Shown piece after piece: positions 40,595 to 51,556 of a stretch of DNA of 64,000 bases. Position 1 is the first letter of the stretch, and each line of letters starts with the position of its first letter. Source of the stretch: Candidatus Latescibacterota bacterium. Its GTDB lineage: Bacteria; Latescibacterota; UBA2968; GCA-2709665. The translations under genes and the position numbers were made by a program. Location of the stretch: NCBI GenBank assembly GCA_965205485.1, contig OZ242180.1, forward strand, positions 672,001 through 736,000. The letters run 5' to 3'. The notes beneath the pieces were generated by a model, which saw only the letters and a program-made list of their open reading frames with translations, did no database searches and had not been told where the DNA came from.

Positions 40595-41875
40595 CTATCC
40601 CCGCAGCTTGTCCAGACATTGAAAGTACGACGGGAAGGACTTGTCGACGCAGCCCGGATTCCGTATCGCGATACCAGGCGTTTTCAGGCCGATCAGCGCC
40701 ATGCTCATGGCCATGCGGTGGTCCTCGTACGTGTCGACTTCGGCCGCACGGATGCGCGCGGAAGGATAAACCGTCACAGAGTCGGGCCCGGCGACCGCAC
40801 GGATCCCGAGTTTCGTCAGTTCGGCCGCGACGGCAGCGATGCGGTCGGTCTCCTTGATGCGCAGGTTGGCGATGTTGCGCACCGTTACCGGCCCGGTTGC
40901 AAATGGAGCCAGCGCGCAGAGGGTCTGGACCACGTCGGGCATCGCGTTCATATCCACGTCGATGCCCGAAAGCTGTTCAGGCCCGCGGACCTCAATGCCG
41001 TCCGGCCGGTTGCTGACTGCGCAGCCCATTCTGCCCAGAACCTCCACGAATCCCAAGTCACCCTGTGCGGACTCCGGAGAGAGGTTGCGGACCTTGATGC
41101 GGCCTCCCGTGATCGCCGCGGCGGCGAAGAAATAGGAAGCGTTGGAGGCGTCCGGCTCGATGGGATACTTGGCGGGCGTGTAGCGCTGCCCCGCATTCAC
41201 GTGGAAGACGTATGGGCCGCGTGTGTCGACATTCACGCCGAAATCGCGCATAATATGAATGGTCATGTCGATGTACGGCCTGGAGACAAGGTTGCCTGCA
41301 ACTCGGATCCGGACGTCCTTTCGCGCGTATGGCGCAACCATGAGAAGGGCGGAAAGATACTGGCTGCTCCGGTTTCCCGGCATAACCGTGCGCCCTCCCT
41401 CGAGGCCGGTTCCGTTGACGACCACGGGAGGACACCCGTTTCCAGCCAGGCTCCGCGCGTGAACGCCCAGGGGTCGGAGGCCGTCGATCAGGTCCTGGAT
41501 CGGCCTCTCTCTCATGCGGGGGTCGCCGTCCAGAGTATACTCGCCATAACCAAGAGAGGCATAACCCGTGAGGAAACGGGCCGTTGTGCCCGAGTTGCCA
41601 ATGAAGAGTTTGGCGTTCGGGACCGGTATCCGGCCGCCCGCGCCGTCGACGATGAAGGTGCCCTCGCTTTCAATCCGAATACGGACGCCAAGCGCGGACA
41701 GCGCATCCGCCATATACCGTGTATCGTCGCTTTCGAGGGCGCCGGAAAGACGGCTACGGCCGTTGGCAAGCGCCGCGATCAACAGCGCCCGGTTGGTGTA
41801 GGACTTGGAGCCTGGCACCGACACGTCGGCGTCGACGCGCCGCTGGATCGGATGGATTTCAAGAATATCGGACAT
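40595..41875 (-). CDS. aroA: 3-phosphoshikimate 1-carboxyvinyltransferase (EPSP synthase)
   Basis: PGSKSYTNRAL, GNSGTTARF, SSQYLS, RIKETDR, DHRMAM, KSFP. Confidence 0.96.
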   Translation of the reverse strand: MSDILEIHPIQRRVDADVSVPGSKSYTNRALLIAALANGRSRLSGALESDDTRYMADALSALGVRIRIESEGTFIVDGAGGRIPVPNAKLFIGNSGTTARFLTGYASLGYGEYTLDGDPRMRERPIQDLIDGLRPLGVHARSLAGNGCPPVVVNGTGLEGGRTVMPGNRSSQYLSALLMVAPYARKDVRIRVAGNLVSRPYIDMTIHIMRDFGVNVDTRGPYVFHVNAGQRYTPAKYPIEPDASNASYFFAAAAITGGRIKVRNLSPESAQGDLGFVEVLGRMGCAVSNRPDGIEVRGPEQLSGIDVDMNAMPDVVQTLCALAPFATGPVTVRNIANLRIKETDRIAAVAAELTKLGIRAVAGPDSVTVYPSARIRAAEVDTYEDHRMAMSMALIGLKTPGIAIRNPGCVDKSFPSYFQCLDKLRG

Positions 41876-42084
41876 CGTGAGGAGTCTGAGTTGAGGCAGG
41901 GGCGTCGTAACAGCCTCGTCGTGGACCGGAATAAGGTAACGCAATGACGCGGGAAGTCCAATTGAAAAACGCTATTTTCGTGCGGATGCACCCAGGACAC
42001 CGTGTAGATCCGGATGCGGCATTGCAGGCGATTTCCAATGATAGCCCGGGTCGTCTCAGTGAGGCAAACCTGTCAATCTCTCGC

Positions 42085-42113
42085 TTGACATTCCGGCGGA
42101 CGGGAGGTAAGAT
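42085..42113 (+). promoter_or_regulatory. Putative sigma70 promoter of dnaE
   Basis: TTGACA-N17-TAAGAT. Confidence 0.65.
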
Positions 42114-42262
42114 TATTCAATAGCCGGGATATCCGTGCTCACCGCGGCCGACGCGCCTGCGGGTTTCACGTTCTTCCCCTCCCCGGCACAGTTCCCCCGT
42201 TTCCGGCAGTCCTGTTCTCCCTAAAAATTCCACCCGACCCGGCACATCCGGAGAATCCCTCG

Positions 42263-45200
42263 ATGGCCGAATTCGTGCATCTCCATAGTCACAGTATGTA
42301 CAGCCTGCTGGATGGCGCTTGCAAGATTGACAGTCTTGCCGCAAGGGCCGCCGAGTGGGGGATGCCCGCTGCCGCCATTACGGACCACGGCAATCTCTTC
42401 GGCGCGGTGGACTTTTACCGTGCGATGAAAGAAGCGGACGTCAAGCCCATTATCGGTTGCGAGGTCTATTGCGCCATCGAAAGCCGGTTCGACAAGAAAC
42501 CGTCGCGAGGCGTGCCCAGCGGGTCGAACCATCTGGTATTGCTCGCGAAGAATGCACACGGGTATTACAACCTGGTAAAGCTGGTCTCGGCCGGTTACAT
42601 GGAAGGATTCTACTACCACCCCAGAATCGACAAGGAGTTGCTGCGTGAACACTCCGAGGGTCTGGTCTGTCTGTCGGGATGCCTGAGCGGCGAAGTGCCG
42701 CATCTGATCGAGCGCGAGGGCGTGAATGTCGCGATGGCCGCCGTGGAAGAGTACCTCGACATATTCGGCGAAGACTATTACCTGGAAATCCAGCGGCACG
42801 GCATCGATAGAGAACCCAGAATCAACGACGGACTCATCCGGATTCACGGCGAAATGGGCGTGCCGCTCGTGGCGACGAACGACTCCCATTTTCTGGGCGC
42901 TGACGATCACGAGGCTCACGCCGTTCTCGTGGCTCTACAGACCGGAAAAACCCTTAACGACCCAGGCAGGATGTGTTATCCGGAAGACGTCTATTTCAAG
43001 TCCGCCGACGAGATGCACGCGCTCTTTTCGGATCTCCCGCAGGCTTTGGAGCAAACGCTGGAGATCGCGGAAAAGGTCGATTTGGAACTGGCGTTCGGCG
43101 ATTACCTTGCGCCGGAGTTTCCGTTACCGGCTGAGTTCGAGACGGCCGACGACTACCTCAAACATCTGTCCAGACGCGGTCTGCAAGACCGTTTCGATCT
43201 CATTTCGCAGGACCTGCGGGATCGCCTGGAATTCGAACTGGACCTGATTGTAAGCAAGGGACTCGCGGGATATTTCCTCATTGTCTGGGACTATGTCAAC
43301 TATGCAAAGGGACATGGAATCTCGGTCGGGCCGGGGCGGGGCTCCTGCGCCGGAAGCCTGGTGGCCTATTCGTTGCGGATTACCGACCTGGATCCGATAA
43401 AATACAATCTGTTGTTCGAGAGATTCCTCAACCCCGAGCGCGTGAGCCTGCCCGACATCGATATCGATTTCTCGGACAAGAAGCGCGACCAGGTGATCAG
43501 ATACGTCTCGGAAAAGTACGGCGAGCGCAACGTGTGTCAGATCATCACGTTCGGTACCCTGAAGGCCAAAGCGGCGATCCGGGACGTGGGTCGCGTGCTC
43601 GACATGTCATTCGGCGAGGTCGACCGGATTGCCAAGCTGGTGCCCAACGATTTGAAGATGACGCTGGACAAGGCGATCCAGCAGGTACCGGAGTTGAAAC
43701 AGATGGCGGACGGGGAAGGCGACGAGGCGCAGCTGATCAGGCACGCGCGGGCGCTGGAGGGGCTGGCCCGGCACGCTTCCGTCCACGCGGCGGCTGTAAT
43801 TATCGCGCCGGACAATCTGACGAACTTCGTGCCTCTTTACAAGGCCCCGAAAGACGGCAAGGTGACTACCCAGTTCGACGGGCCGACCTGCGAGGACATC
43901 GGCCTTCTGAAAATGGACTTCCTGGGCCTCAAGGAGCTTTCGCTTGCCGACCAAACGGTCGATCTGATAAAAGCGAAGGAACCGGCGTTCGACCTGACAA
44001 AGATCCCCGAAGACGACGAAAGTACGCTGGATCTGTTCGGTCGCGGCGAAACCGTGGGCGTATTTCAGTTTGAGAGTCCCGGAATGAGGGAATACCTGGT
44101 ACAGTTGAAACCCGATTGCATCGAGGATATCATCGCGATGAATGCCCTCTACCGCCCCGGACCGATGCAGTACATCCCGAATTTTGTCGCGCGCAAGCAC
44201 GGAAAAGAAGAGGTGGTCTACGACCATCCGAAGATGGAACCCATTCTGAGGGACACGTACGGGATCATGGTGTACCAGGAGCAGGTGATGCAGATCGTGC
44301 AGGTTCTGGCAGGGTTCAGCCTCGGCCAGGCCGACATCCTTCGGGACGCCATAGGCAAGAAAAAGCCCGAAGAAATGTCGCGGCAGAAGGACGCGTTTAT
44401 CGATGGGTGCGAAACGCACGGTGTGAGTACGAGCCTGGCCCGGAAAATTTTCGCCGATATAGAAGTCTTCGCGGGGTATGCGTTTCCCAAGGCGCACGCG
44501 GCGGCGTATGCGGTTGTCGCATACCGGAACGCCTACCTCAAGGCGAACTATCCTCAGGAATACATGGCCGCCAGCCTGAACGGTGAAATCGGCAATATCG
44601 AGCGAATGGTGGTCGTGATCGAAGAGTGCCAGCGGATGAAACTGGAGGTCCTGGCCCCGGACGTGAATACCTCCTACGTGGACTTCGTGGCTTCAGAGAC
44701 GGCAATTCTGATGGGAATGGCTGCTGTGCGAAACGTGGGTCGCGGCGCGGTTGATGCAATTGTCAGCGCAAGGGAAACGGGCGGCGCTTTCAACACCCTG
44801 TTCGAGTTCTGTGAGCGCGTGGATTTGCGCGCGGTTAACCGCAGGGCCATCGAGAGCCTGATTCGCGCCGGAGCCATGGATCGCCTGGACGGACATCGAG
44901 CGCAGCTTCTGCAAGGCCTGGACCGGGCCCTCGACGCGGGTCAGTCCGTCCAGGCAGCCCGGCAACGTCGCCAGATTTCGCTGTTCGACATGGAAGCCCT
45001 TGCGGACCAGTCGGCGGTCATCAACAACCACGTCCTCCCCGAGGAGCCGGAATGGACCGAGCGTGAAAGGCTTGCACACGAAAAGGAAATGCTCGGATTC
45101 TATCTTTCCGGCCATCCGCTGGAAAGGTACCGCACGGACCTGGCGGCACTGGGGATCCGATCTTGCCAGGACGTCGCCGCCTTGCCCGAGGGAGCGGAAG

Positions 45201-45697
45201 TGAAACTCGGCGGGCTGATCTCCGAAACCAGGTCGCATACCGACCGAAACGGACGGCCGATGGCGTTTGGCACCATCGAGGATCTGGACGGCGCCCTGGA
45301 CCTGGTTGTGTTCCCGGATACGTTCGAAAAGGTCAGGGCTTCGTTTGTGACGGACGCAATGGTGGTAATCCAGGGCAGGCTCTCCGGACGCAACGGTAGA
45401 CAGTCCCTGCAAGTGGAGAAGGTACTGTCAATGGAGCATGCGAGGGAGACGCTCGCGGACGCGCTGAATGTCAAGCTTCCATCTGAAATGCTGGAATTGG
45501 AGACCCTTGAACACCTGAAAGCGTTGCTCGAAGGTCACCGGGGCGGGTGTACGGTTTATCTGCACCTTGAACTGGGCGATGGTAAAACGAAAGTCATTCG
45601 TTCCCGGGGGCTTAGCGTCAACCCCTCTGAAGCGTTGATCTCGGAAATCGGCGCATTTCTCGGTGAACGGCGCGCCTGGGTATCCCAGAAATCCTGA
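42263..45697 (+). CDS. dnaE: DNA polymerase III alpha subunit
   Basis: FVHLHSHS..SLLDG PHP domain, GPGRGS, FERFLNPER.SLPDIDIDF, KMDFLGL, OB-fold C-terminus; no intein visible. Confidence 0.97.
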   Translation: MAEFVHLHSHSMYSLLDGACKIDSLAARAAEWGMPAAAITDHGNLFGAVDFYRAMKEADVKPIIGCEVYCAIESRFDKKPSRGVPSGSNHLVLLAKNAHGYYNLVKLVSAGYMEGFYYHPRIDKELLREHSEGLVCLSGCLSGEVPHLIEREGVNVAMAAVEEYLDIFGEDYYLEIQRHGIDREPRINDGLIRIHGEMGVPLVATNDSHFLGADDHEAHAVLVALQTGKTLNDPGRMCYPEDVYFKSADEMHALFSDLPQALEQTLEIAEKVDLELAFGDYLAPEFPLPAEFETADDYLKHLSRRGLQDRFDLISQDLRDRLEFELDLIVSKGLAGYFLIVWDYVNYAKGHGISVGPGRGSCAGSLVAYSLRITDLDPIKYNLLFERFLNPERVSLPDIDIDFSDKKRDQVIRYVSEKYGERNVCQIITFGTLKAKAAIRDVGRVLDMSFGEVDRIAKLVPNDLKMTLDKAIQQVPELKQMADGEGDEAQLIRHARALEGLARHASVHAAAVIIAPDNLTNFVPLYKAPKDGKVTTQFDGPTCEDIGLLKMDFLGLKELSLADQTVDLIKAKEPAFDLTKIPEDDESTLDLFGRGETVGVFQFESPGMREYLVQLKPDCIEDIIAMNALYRPGPMQYIPNFVARKHGKEEVVYDHPKMEPILRDTYGIMVYQEQVMQIVQVLAGFSLGQADILRDAIGKKKPEEMSRQKDAFIDGCETHGVSTSLARKIFADIEVFAGYAFPKAHAAAYAVVAYRNAYLKANYPQEYMAASLNGEIGNIERMVVVIEECQRMKLEVLAPDVNTSYVDFVASETAILMGMAAVRNVGRGAVDAIVSARETGGAFNTLFEFCERVDLRAVNRRAIESLIRAGAMDRLDGHRAQLLQGLDRALDAGQSVQAARQRRQISLFDMEALADQSAVINNHVLPEEPEWTERERLAHEKEMLGFYLSGHPLERYRTDLAALGIRSCQDVAALPEGAEVKLGGLISETRSHTDRNGRPMAFGTIEDLDGALDLVVFPDTFEKVRASFVTDAMVVIQGRLSGRNGRQSLQVEKVLSMEHARETLADALNVKLPSEMLELETLEHLKALLEGHRGGCTVYLHLELGDGKTKVIRSRGLSVNPSEALISEIGAFLGERRAWVSQKS

Positions 45698-45770
45698 TTA
45701 CGCTACTCAAGGCGGCCCGTTAAGCACCCTGCAATTCGGCCCACGGGTTCATGATTTCGGGCGAGAGAGA

Positions 45771-45814
45771 ACGCAAAGAACGAGGCGACCGGACGGTCGC
45801 CTCGTTCTTTGCGT
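45771..45814. terminator. Long perfect hairpin between convergent dnaE and rodA
   Basis: acgcaaagaacgaggcgaccg-ga-cggtcgcctcgttctttgcgt. Confidence 0.75.
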
Positions 45815-45836
45815 AAAGGAATCAGGACGGCGCGTA

Positions 45837-47087
45837 CTAATAGTATTCGTGCCTGTAGGCATAGATGTTAAGCAGCAGACCTGCGAGAATCAGATTGACC
45901 ACGAGTTGCGATCCGCCGTAGCTGAAGTACGGCAGAGGAAGGCCGGTAACCGGTACGACGCCGACAGTCATCCCTATATTGACAAAAACGTGAAAGGTCA
46001 GCATGGCAGCCAGACCGATGGCCACAAGACTTGAAAACCGGCTCTTTACAAGACCTGCAATATGAATGGCGCGCCAGATGATTAGAATAAACAATGCGAG
46101 TACGAGAATTGCGCCAAGGAAACCGAACTCCTCTCCGATTACGGAAAACACAAAGTCGGTATGTTGTTCCGGAAGGAAGGAGAGTTTGGTCTGCGTCCCC
46201 TGCAGGTATCCTTTACCGTTAAGTCCTCCCGATCCGATTGCGACCTTGGATTGCATGACCTGGTAGCCCGCGCCGAGTTTGTCCATGTCCGGATTCAAGA
46301 ACGTCAGAATCCGACGGCGCTGGTAGTCGTGCATCTTGTTTTCCCACAGATACGGCGCGCCAACCGCGACCGCGAGATTGACGACGACAATGGCGGCAGT
46401 CATCAATCGACCTGGTCGAACCAGAAAGACGACCGCGGCAATCATCAGCACGAGGACAACAAGCGCTACGTAGTGGAAGGCGCAGATCACACTCAAAAGG
46501 GGTGAAATCAGGAAAAACAGGACAACGGGTCTCATCCCGGCCCAGTACAACATCGGCAGAAGCACCGAGATGAAGACAAGCGCAGTGCCCAGATCGGGCT
46601 GTCTGAACACGAGAACCGCCGGAAGCAAGACCAGAAAGAACGGCGTAAACAGCGAACGAGGCCGGTCCAGATCCAGGTTGCGCGCGGAGAGGTATCGTGC
46701 AAGTGCAAGAATGGTTGCGATTTTGGCCAGTTCCGACGGTTGCATATGAAATGGGCCCAGATCGAACCAGCGACTCTCTCCGAACAGCAGAACAAGCACC
46801 AGCAGACAAATTGAGGCGCCGTAGAGGATATACGCGAATGCATAATAATATTTGGGTGGTACGAACAGGGTCAGCAGGAGCGCGCACGCGGCAATCGCGC
46901 TCCAGATGATCTGCCTCTCGTAGATGCTGCCGGCGGCGCCGTATTCCCAGTTGTAGGTAGCGCTGTAGATTGCACCAATTCCGAACAGCGTGGCAAGAAT
47001 CACCGAAAGCAGCAGCGGAAGGTCGAATTCCTGTTTGAGAACGCGCGAGAGAATCACGTGAAGATTCCTGCGAAACGGATGTTGCAA
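45837..47087 (-). CDS. rodA: Rod shape-determining SEDS glycosyltransferase RodA
   Basis: QPSELAK, QPDLGT, AIGSGG, PEQHTDF, SYGGS; start uncertain. Confidence 0.95.
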   Translation of the reverse strand: MQHPFRRNLHVILSRVLKQEFDLPLLLSVILATLFGIGAIYSATYNWEYGAAGSIYERQIIWSAIAACALLLTLFVPPKYYYAFAYILYGASICLLVLVLLFGESRWFDLGPFHMQPSELAKIATILALARYLSARNLDLDRPRSLFTPFFLVLLPAVLVFRQPDLGTALVFISVLLPMLYWAGMRPVVLFFLISPLLSVICAFHYVALVVLVLMIAAVVFLVRPGRLMTAAIVVVNLAVAVGAPYLWENKMHDYQRRRILTFLNPDMDKLGAGYQVMQSKVAIGSGGLNGKGYLQGTQTKLSFLPEQHTDFVFSVIGEEFGFLGAILVLALFILIIWRAIHIAGLVKSRFSSLVAIGLAAMLTFHVFVNIGMTVGVVPVTGLPLPYFSYGGSQLVVNLILAGLLLNIYAYRHEYY

Positions 47088-47125
47088 AACGGAACACCGG
47101 GGTCCGGATGTTCCGCCGGACCCTG

Positions 47126-49018
47126 CTATCGCAAGACGACTGCCGGAGCTGTATCGCCCGATTGCGTAGGCTCGACGTCCTTCGCTTCCGCGGCAGGTTC
47201 GTCGTCGACGTGCGAGGCGACGATGATTTCCGGTTTCTTCTTCGGCTGCGCCAGGTCAAAATAAGCTTCCAGGACCCGTCCTGCGATCGGCGCCGCAACC
47301 GCGCCGCCGTGGCCCGCGTTTTCGACCACGACAGCGACGACGATTTCGGGGTAATGTGCCGGCGCAAGGGCGGTGAACCAGGCATGGTCTTCGCCGTGGG
47401 GATTCTGCGCGGTGCCTGTTTTGCCAGCCACACGAACGCCTTCCACCCGGGCGCGTTTTCCGGTACCGTACGGATCCTCGATGACGTCCAGCATGATGCT
47501 TCGTATGGTCTTCAGGGTCTGTGCGGAAATCTGGACCGGCGTGGACTCGGGCGTCGTTTCTTTAAGGACGTGGGGCCGGGGTAGCCTTCCGACGGCCAGC
47601 GCACTGATGTAGCGGGCTATCTGGACGGGTGTTACAGACGTCTCGCCCTGTCCGATTGTCAGATTGAGCATGTACCCCTCCGCCCAGTGTCCGAAACGTT
47701 CCTTATAATACGAACGGTCGGTCACAAGGCCGGCGGCTTCACCGTCGCCTCCCGCTGCGATGTCGATCCCGGTCGGTCGACCGAATCCGAGCATTCTGGT
47801 GTAGCGACTCCAGTTGGCAATGCCCACCTTGCGACCCAACTGGTAAAAATAGACGTCGCAGGACCGGACGAGCGCTCCTCGCAGCGACAGCCGCCCGCAC
47901 CCTTTGGCATTGTGGCAGCGGAAAACCCTGTCTCCGAACTCCATTCTGCCCCTGCACGGTCGAAAACGCGCCGTTTCCGAGTCGATCAGGCCCATTTCGA
48001 GGCCGGCAATCGCCGTAATCATCTTGAATACCGAAGCAGGCGGGTATTCACCCTTTATGCTTCGGTTCAGAAGGGGATTTGACGTATCGGCCTGCAGGGT
48101 CCGCCATTGGCGCAAATCACGAATGGACCGCGGATGAAAACCGGGTTTGCTGACCATGGCAAGGATCTCCCCGTTGTTCGGATCCATTGCCACCAGGCTG
48201 CCTCTCAGCGAATCGGCGAACGCGAGCTCCGCTGCCTGTTGCAATCGCCAGTCCAGGGTCAGGTGAATGTCGTTGCCGCGCACGGGCCGGGTTGTTTTGT
48301 CGGGAAAGCTTCCGACCTCCCGGCCGAAGGCGTCAACTTCGATGAATCTCATGCCTTCCCGTCCCCTCAATTCCGACTCGCACAAGCGCTCGACGCCCCG
48401 CTTGCCGATCTGATCGTCCAGCCGGTAACCCATCTCCCGCTTGCGCTCATAGGTCTTCGCATCCATCAGGCCTACATATCCGATGATATGGGGCGCCAGG
48501 GGAAGGCCGCCGTTGTAGCTCAAATAGCCTCTCCGTGATTCGAACTGTATTTCCACGCCTGGCAGATCGTGGCGTTCTTCTTCCACGACGGACACGATAT
48601 TGAATCCAGCGTCGCGCAAGATTCTTACGGGCTCGTGGAAACGACGGTTTCGGTCCGCGATCCGTCGGTTGATGTGTTGCACAGGCAGACCGGCAACCTG
48701 ACTGAGTCGGCTGACGACGTGCCCGTGATTCGCCAGATCGGAATTTCGGCGCAGTCGCTGGGGAAGCACGGAAATGGTGTACGAGGGACGATTGTCTACG
48801 AGGACCACGCCGTTGCGGTCCCTTATGAGACCGCGGCCGGCTTCAATAGGCACGACTTGCATCGTATTCTTCTTGGATTGGATGCGGTAGCGTTCGCTGT
48901 TTGTAATCTGCAGCCGAAAAACCCCGACAAACAGCATGGCGAACAGAACGATCACCACCGACATCATCCATCGCGCACGGGCCCTCCGAAAGCCGTTATC
49001 CATAAAGTCGTCGTGCAT
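47126..49018 (-). CDS. mrdA: Penicillin-binding protein 2
   Basis: RG.I.DRNG, SVFK, SCD (SxN-like), KTGTAQ. Confidence 0.95.
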   Translation of the reverse strand: MHDDFMDNGFRRARARWMMSVVIVLFAMLFVGVFRLQITNSERYRIQSKKNTMQVVPIEAGRGLIRDRNGVVLVDNRPSYTISVLPQRLRRNSDLANHGHVVSRLSQVAGLPVQHINRRIADRNRRFHEPVRILRDAGFNIVSVVEEERHDLPGVEIQFESRRGYLSYNGGLPLAPHIIGYVGLMDAKTYERKREMGYRLDDQIGKRGVERLCESELRGREGMRFIEVDAFGREVGSFPDKTTRPVRGNDIHLTLDWRLQQAAELAFADSLRGSLVAMDPNNGEILAMVSKPGFHPRSIRDLRQWRTLQADTSNPLLNRSIKGEYPPASVFKMITAIAGLEMGLIDSETARFRPCRGRMEFGDRVFRCHNAKGCGRLSLRGALVRSCDVYFYQLGRKVGIANWSRYTRMLGFGRPTGIDIAAGGDGEAAGLVTDRSYYKERFGHWAEGYMLNLTIGQGETSVTPVQIARYISALAVGRLPRPHVLKETTPESTPVQISAQTLKTIRSIMLDVIEDPYGTGKRARVEGVRVAGKTGTAQNPHGEDHAWFTALAPAHYPEIVVAVVVENAGHGGAVAAPIAGRVLEAYFDLAQPKKKPEIIVASHVDDEPAAEAKDVEPTQSGDTAPAVVLR

Positions 49019-49505
49019 CGAGGTAAATCCCCCTGTTGAAACGAACGGACAATACCAGCGAAATGCCGACTCCAACGACCGCGGTGTACAATGCCGTCCC
49101 GAATCCGAACCTGAAAATCAACCCCAGTATCGCATCCGGATTCGAGAGAATGTTGGCGAACAGAAAATAAATCAGATCGTGTAGAACAACCGCCACGAAC
49201 AATAGCAGAGCCTGTACCCGGAAATCTTCGACGCTGACACCCGTCCGAAAGTGTCCGACGGAGAACCCGACCACGCTGTTTGCAAGCGCATTGACTCCCA
49301 TCGTCTCCGGGCTGTAGACATCCAGCAGAAAACCGGATGCGAATCCGTAAAGGGTGCCTTCAATCTGTCCGCCGTTTAGGCCCAGGTATACCAGCACGAT
49401 GATCACAAGGTCGGGGCCGATATCCAGAATCCGGACCGAATGCGCCCAGGAAGTCTGAACCAGCAGCGCCAGGGCGATGAGCAGAAGGTTTCGAACGACT
49501 CTCAC
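48996..49505 (-). CDS. mreD: Rod shape-determining protein MreD
   Basis: Hydrophobic 169-aa protein with PDL..I and GF..G.LLD, directly upstream of mrdA. Confidence 0.88.
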   Translation of the reverse strand: MRVVRNLLLIALALLVQTSWAHSVRILDIGPDLVIIVLVYLGLNGGQIEGTLYGFASGFLLDVYSPETMGVNALANSVVGFSVGHFRTGVSVEDFRVQALLLFVAVVLHDLIYFLFANILSNPDAILGLIFRFGFGTALYTAVVGVGISLVLSVRFNRGIYLDARRLYG

Positions 49506-49556
49506 AAACGACGAATGGGGCGTGGGCGAATCCTCCCATTGGTTCTGTCGGTTGAC

Positions 49557-51416
49557 TCAGTCCACCGTCCGAAACCCGGTTGGGCGTATCAGGAGCCGGG
49601 CGCCCACCCTGAGGTTTGCGGGTTTCCGGATACGGTTCCATTTTTTAAGGTCGTTGACGCGGATGCGGAAATTGCGGGCAATGTCCCAGAGCGTATCCCC
49701 CCGTTGCACAATATAGAAGTCGCCGCGACGCAGGTCCGCAGGATTGGCCGCGGCAACCTGAGGCGCCTCAGGTCTCCAGATAACCAGACGGTCTCCGGGC
49801 GTTATGTACTTCCTGACGTTGTTCCACGCCCGGATCTGACGTGGCGTGACGCCATACCTGCGTCCGATTCCCCAAAGGGTGTCTCCCTTCCTGACACGGT
49901 GCGCGACTTTCCTGTGGGTGTCCGGATCGGGTGCCGCGTCCACGCGCGCAAGGTTCCTTGCCGCACGGCTGGATTTGCCCCTTGGAAAGATCGGGATCTT
50001 CAACAGCGTGCCCACGCGCAGGCGTCTTGGATTCGATATGTTGTTAGCCTCGAGCACCGTGCGAGTTGAAACGCCCCAGTCACGCGCGATGCCGCCGGGG
50101 GTTTCTCCGCGGCGCACTCGATGTTCTGCCAGCTGGACTTTCCGGCTGGCGGGAATTCGGGCGAATCTGGCTTTGAACCTGTCGGCGGTACCCGCCGGAA
50201 TTTTCAGGCTGTAGGCTCCGCGCGACGAAGGCGGCGTGTAGCCTGACCGGAGTTCGGGATTGAGGCTACGCATGCGTTCGTACGTTGTGCCGGCGCATTC
50301 CGCGGCGACCCGGAGGTGGACGCATTCCGATACCGGTACCAAATCGAATCCCGCGGGCATCTGATAGACCACGTCATCAAAGCCGAACCACTCCGGGTCC
50401 CTGGAGATGATCAGGGCCGCCATAAACCGCGGCACGTGCCTGCGTGTTTCCCGTGGAAGGCCCTTCAACTTCCAGAAGTCGTCTGTGCCCGAACGCCGGA
50501 TAATGCGTTCCAGGCGACCCTGCCCGCAGTTATATGCCGCAATGACAAGGCGCCAGTCGCCGAACAACCCGTACAGGTGCTGAATATGCCTGATTGCCGC
50601 GCGCGTGGACTTCTCGGGGTCGCGGCGTTCGTCGATAAATGTGTTGCTTTTGAGACCGTAGAGCCGCGCCGTGCCACTCACAAACTGCCAGATCCCGGCG
50701 GCCCTGGCTCGTGAATAGGCCCTTGGGTTGAAGCCGCTTTCGATCATTGCCTTATAAACGAGGTCCTCGGGCAGACCCGCTTCACGCAGGGCTTTGCGAA
50801 TCATCGGGACATAAAGAGGTGATCGTGAGAGCCAGGCCTTGAATGCCTTCCGTGCGGTCGTCTGGAAATAACGGATGGTCTTGACGACCTCGGAGTTGTA
50901 GTCGACCGGAAGGTCTGCGGAACCTGCCAGTTTGCGCACATAGAGATCTCTGTAGTTAACGTCATCACGCAAGTGCGGGGCGAGGCTGTGTGGAACGGCG
51001 TCGAGAAGCCGCGCCAACACGGAATTCGGCAGCACGAGCGCCGACGGAGGGAGCATCTCCCGATAGCGCTCAAGCGTCGCGCTGAGCAATTCGAGGTGGC
51101 GCGCCGGCGAAAGGGATCCGGTGACCGCGGAATCGGCGAGCAGAATGCTTATGCGTTCCACGGATATCGCCGAGCTGTTCCGCCGGACCTCGTTGAGTGT
51201 TTCCAGGGCTCGCCGAAGTCGTTCGTCGTTCGCCAGACGGCGATCCGGAGTGACTGCCGCGGAATCCACGACGGCCTCCGGCGGCCTGGAGGCTTGCGCC
51301 GGTGCTTCCGCTTCGGGAAACGTTGCAACCTGCTTCGTCGTTGAACACCCCGAAAGCAGCCACATCAGGAGAAGGCTGCAATACGCGACGACAGGGTTCA
51401 GCGTACTGTCTCTCAT
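49557..51416 (-). CDS. MltD-like lytic transglycosylase with LysM repeats
   Basis: Lipobox LLSGC, IESGFNPRAYSRARAAGIWQF, AAYNCG, three LysM repeats; start between 51416 and 51494. Confidence 0.92.
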   Translation of the reverse strand: MRDSTLNPVVAYCSLLLMWLLSGCSTTKQVATFPEAEAPAQASRPPEAVVDSAAVTPDRRLANDERLRRALETLNEVRRNSSAISVERISILLADSAVTGSLSPARHLELLSATLERYREMLPPSALVLPNSVLARLLDAVPHSLAPHLRDDVNYRDLYVRKLAGSADLPVDYNSEVVKTIRYFQTTARKAFKAWLSRSPLYVPMIRKALREAGLPEDLVYKAMIESGFNPRAYSRARAAGIWQFVSGTARLYGLKSNTFIDERRDPEKSTRAAIRHIQHLYGLFGDWRLVIAAYNCGQGRLERIIRRSGTDDFWKLKGLPRETRRHVPRFMAALIISRDPEWFGFDDVVYQMPAGFDLVPVSECVHLRVAAECAGTTYERMRSLNPELRSGYTPPSSRGAYSLKIPAGTADRFKARFARIPASRKVQLAEHRVRRGETPGGIARDWGVSTRTVLEANNISNPRRLRVGTLLKIPIFPRGKSSRAARNLARVDAAPDPDTHRKVAHRVRKGDTLWGIGRRYGVTPRQIRAWNNVRKYITPGDRLVIWRPEAPQVAAANPADLRRGDFYIVQRGDTLWDIARNFRIRVNDLKKWNRIRKPANLRVGARLLIRPTGFRTVD

Positions 51417-51556
51417 CTGGACATTCTGGAAAAGTCGATCCATAAACACGGCCACCGGAGACTCCGATGAACGAGTAGCGGACCGGTCGCGCAATGCAGC
51501 CCTTCATTCGCGGCGGCCACGGCATCATGACCGCTCGCGGTCATACCCGTACGCGT

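Noticed and set aside
40619..41947. 442-aa + ORF opposite aroA, and similar long antisense ORFs elsewhere
   Set aside because: GC-rich codon-bias shadows of real genes on the other strand.
42120..42262. Long C-rich leader before dnaE as a possible ncRNA
   Set aside because: No recognisable RNA family motif or convincing structure seen by eye.
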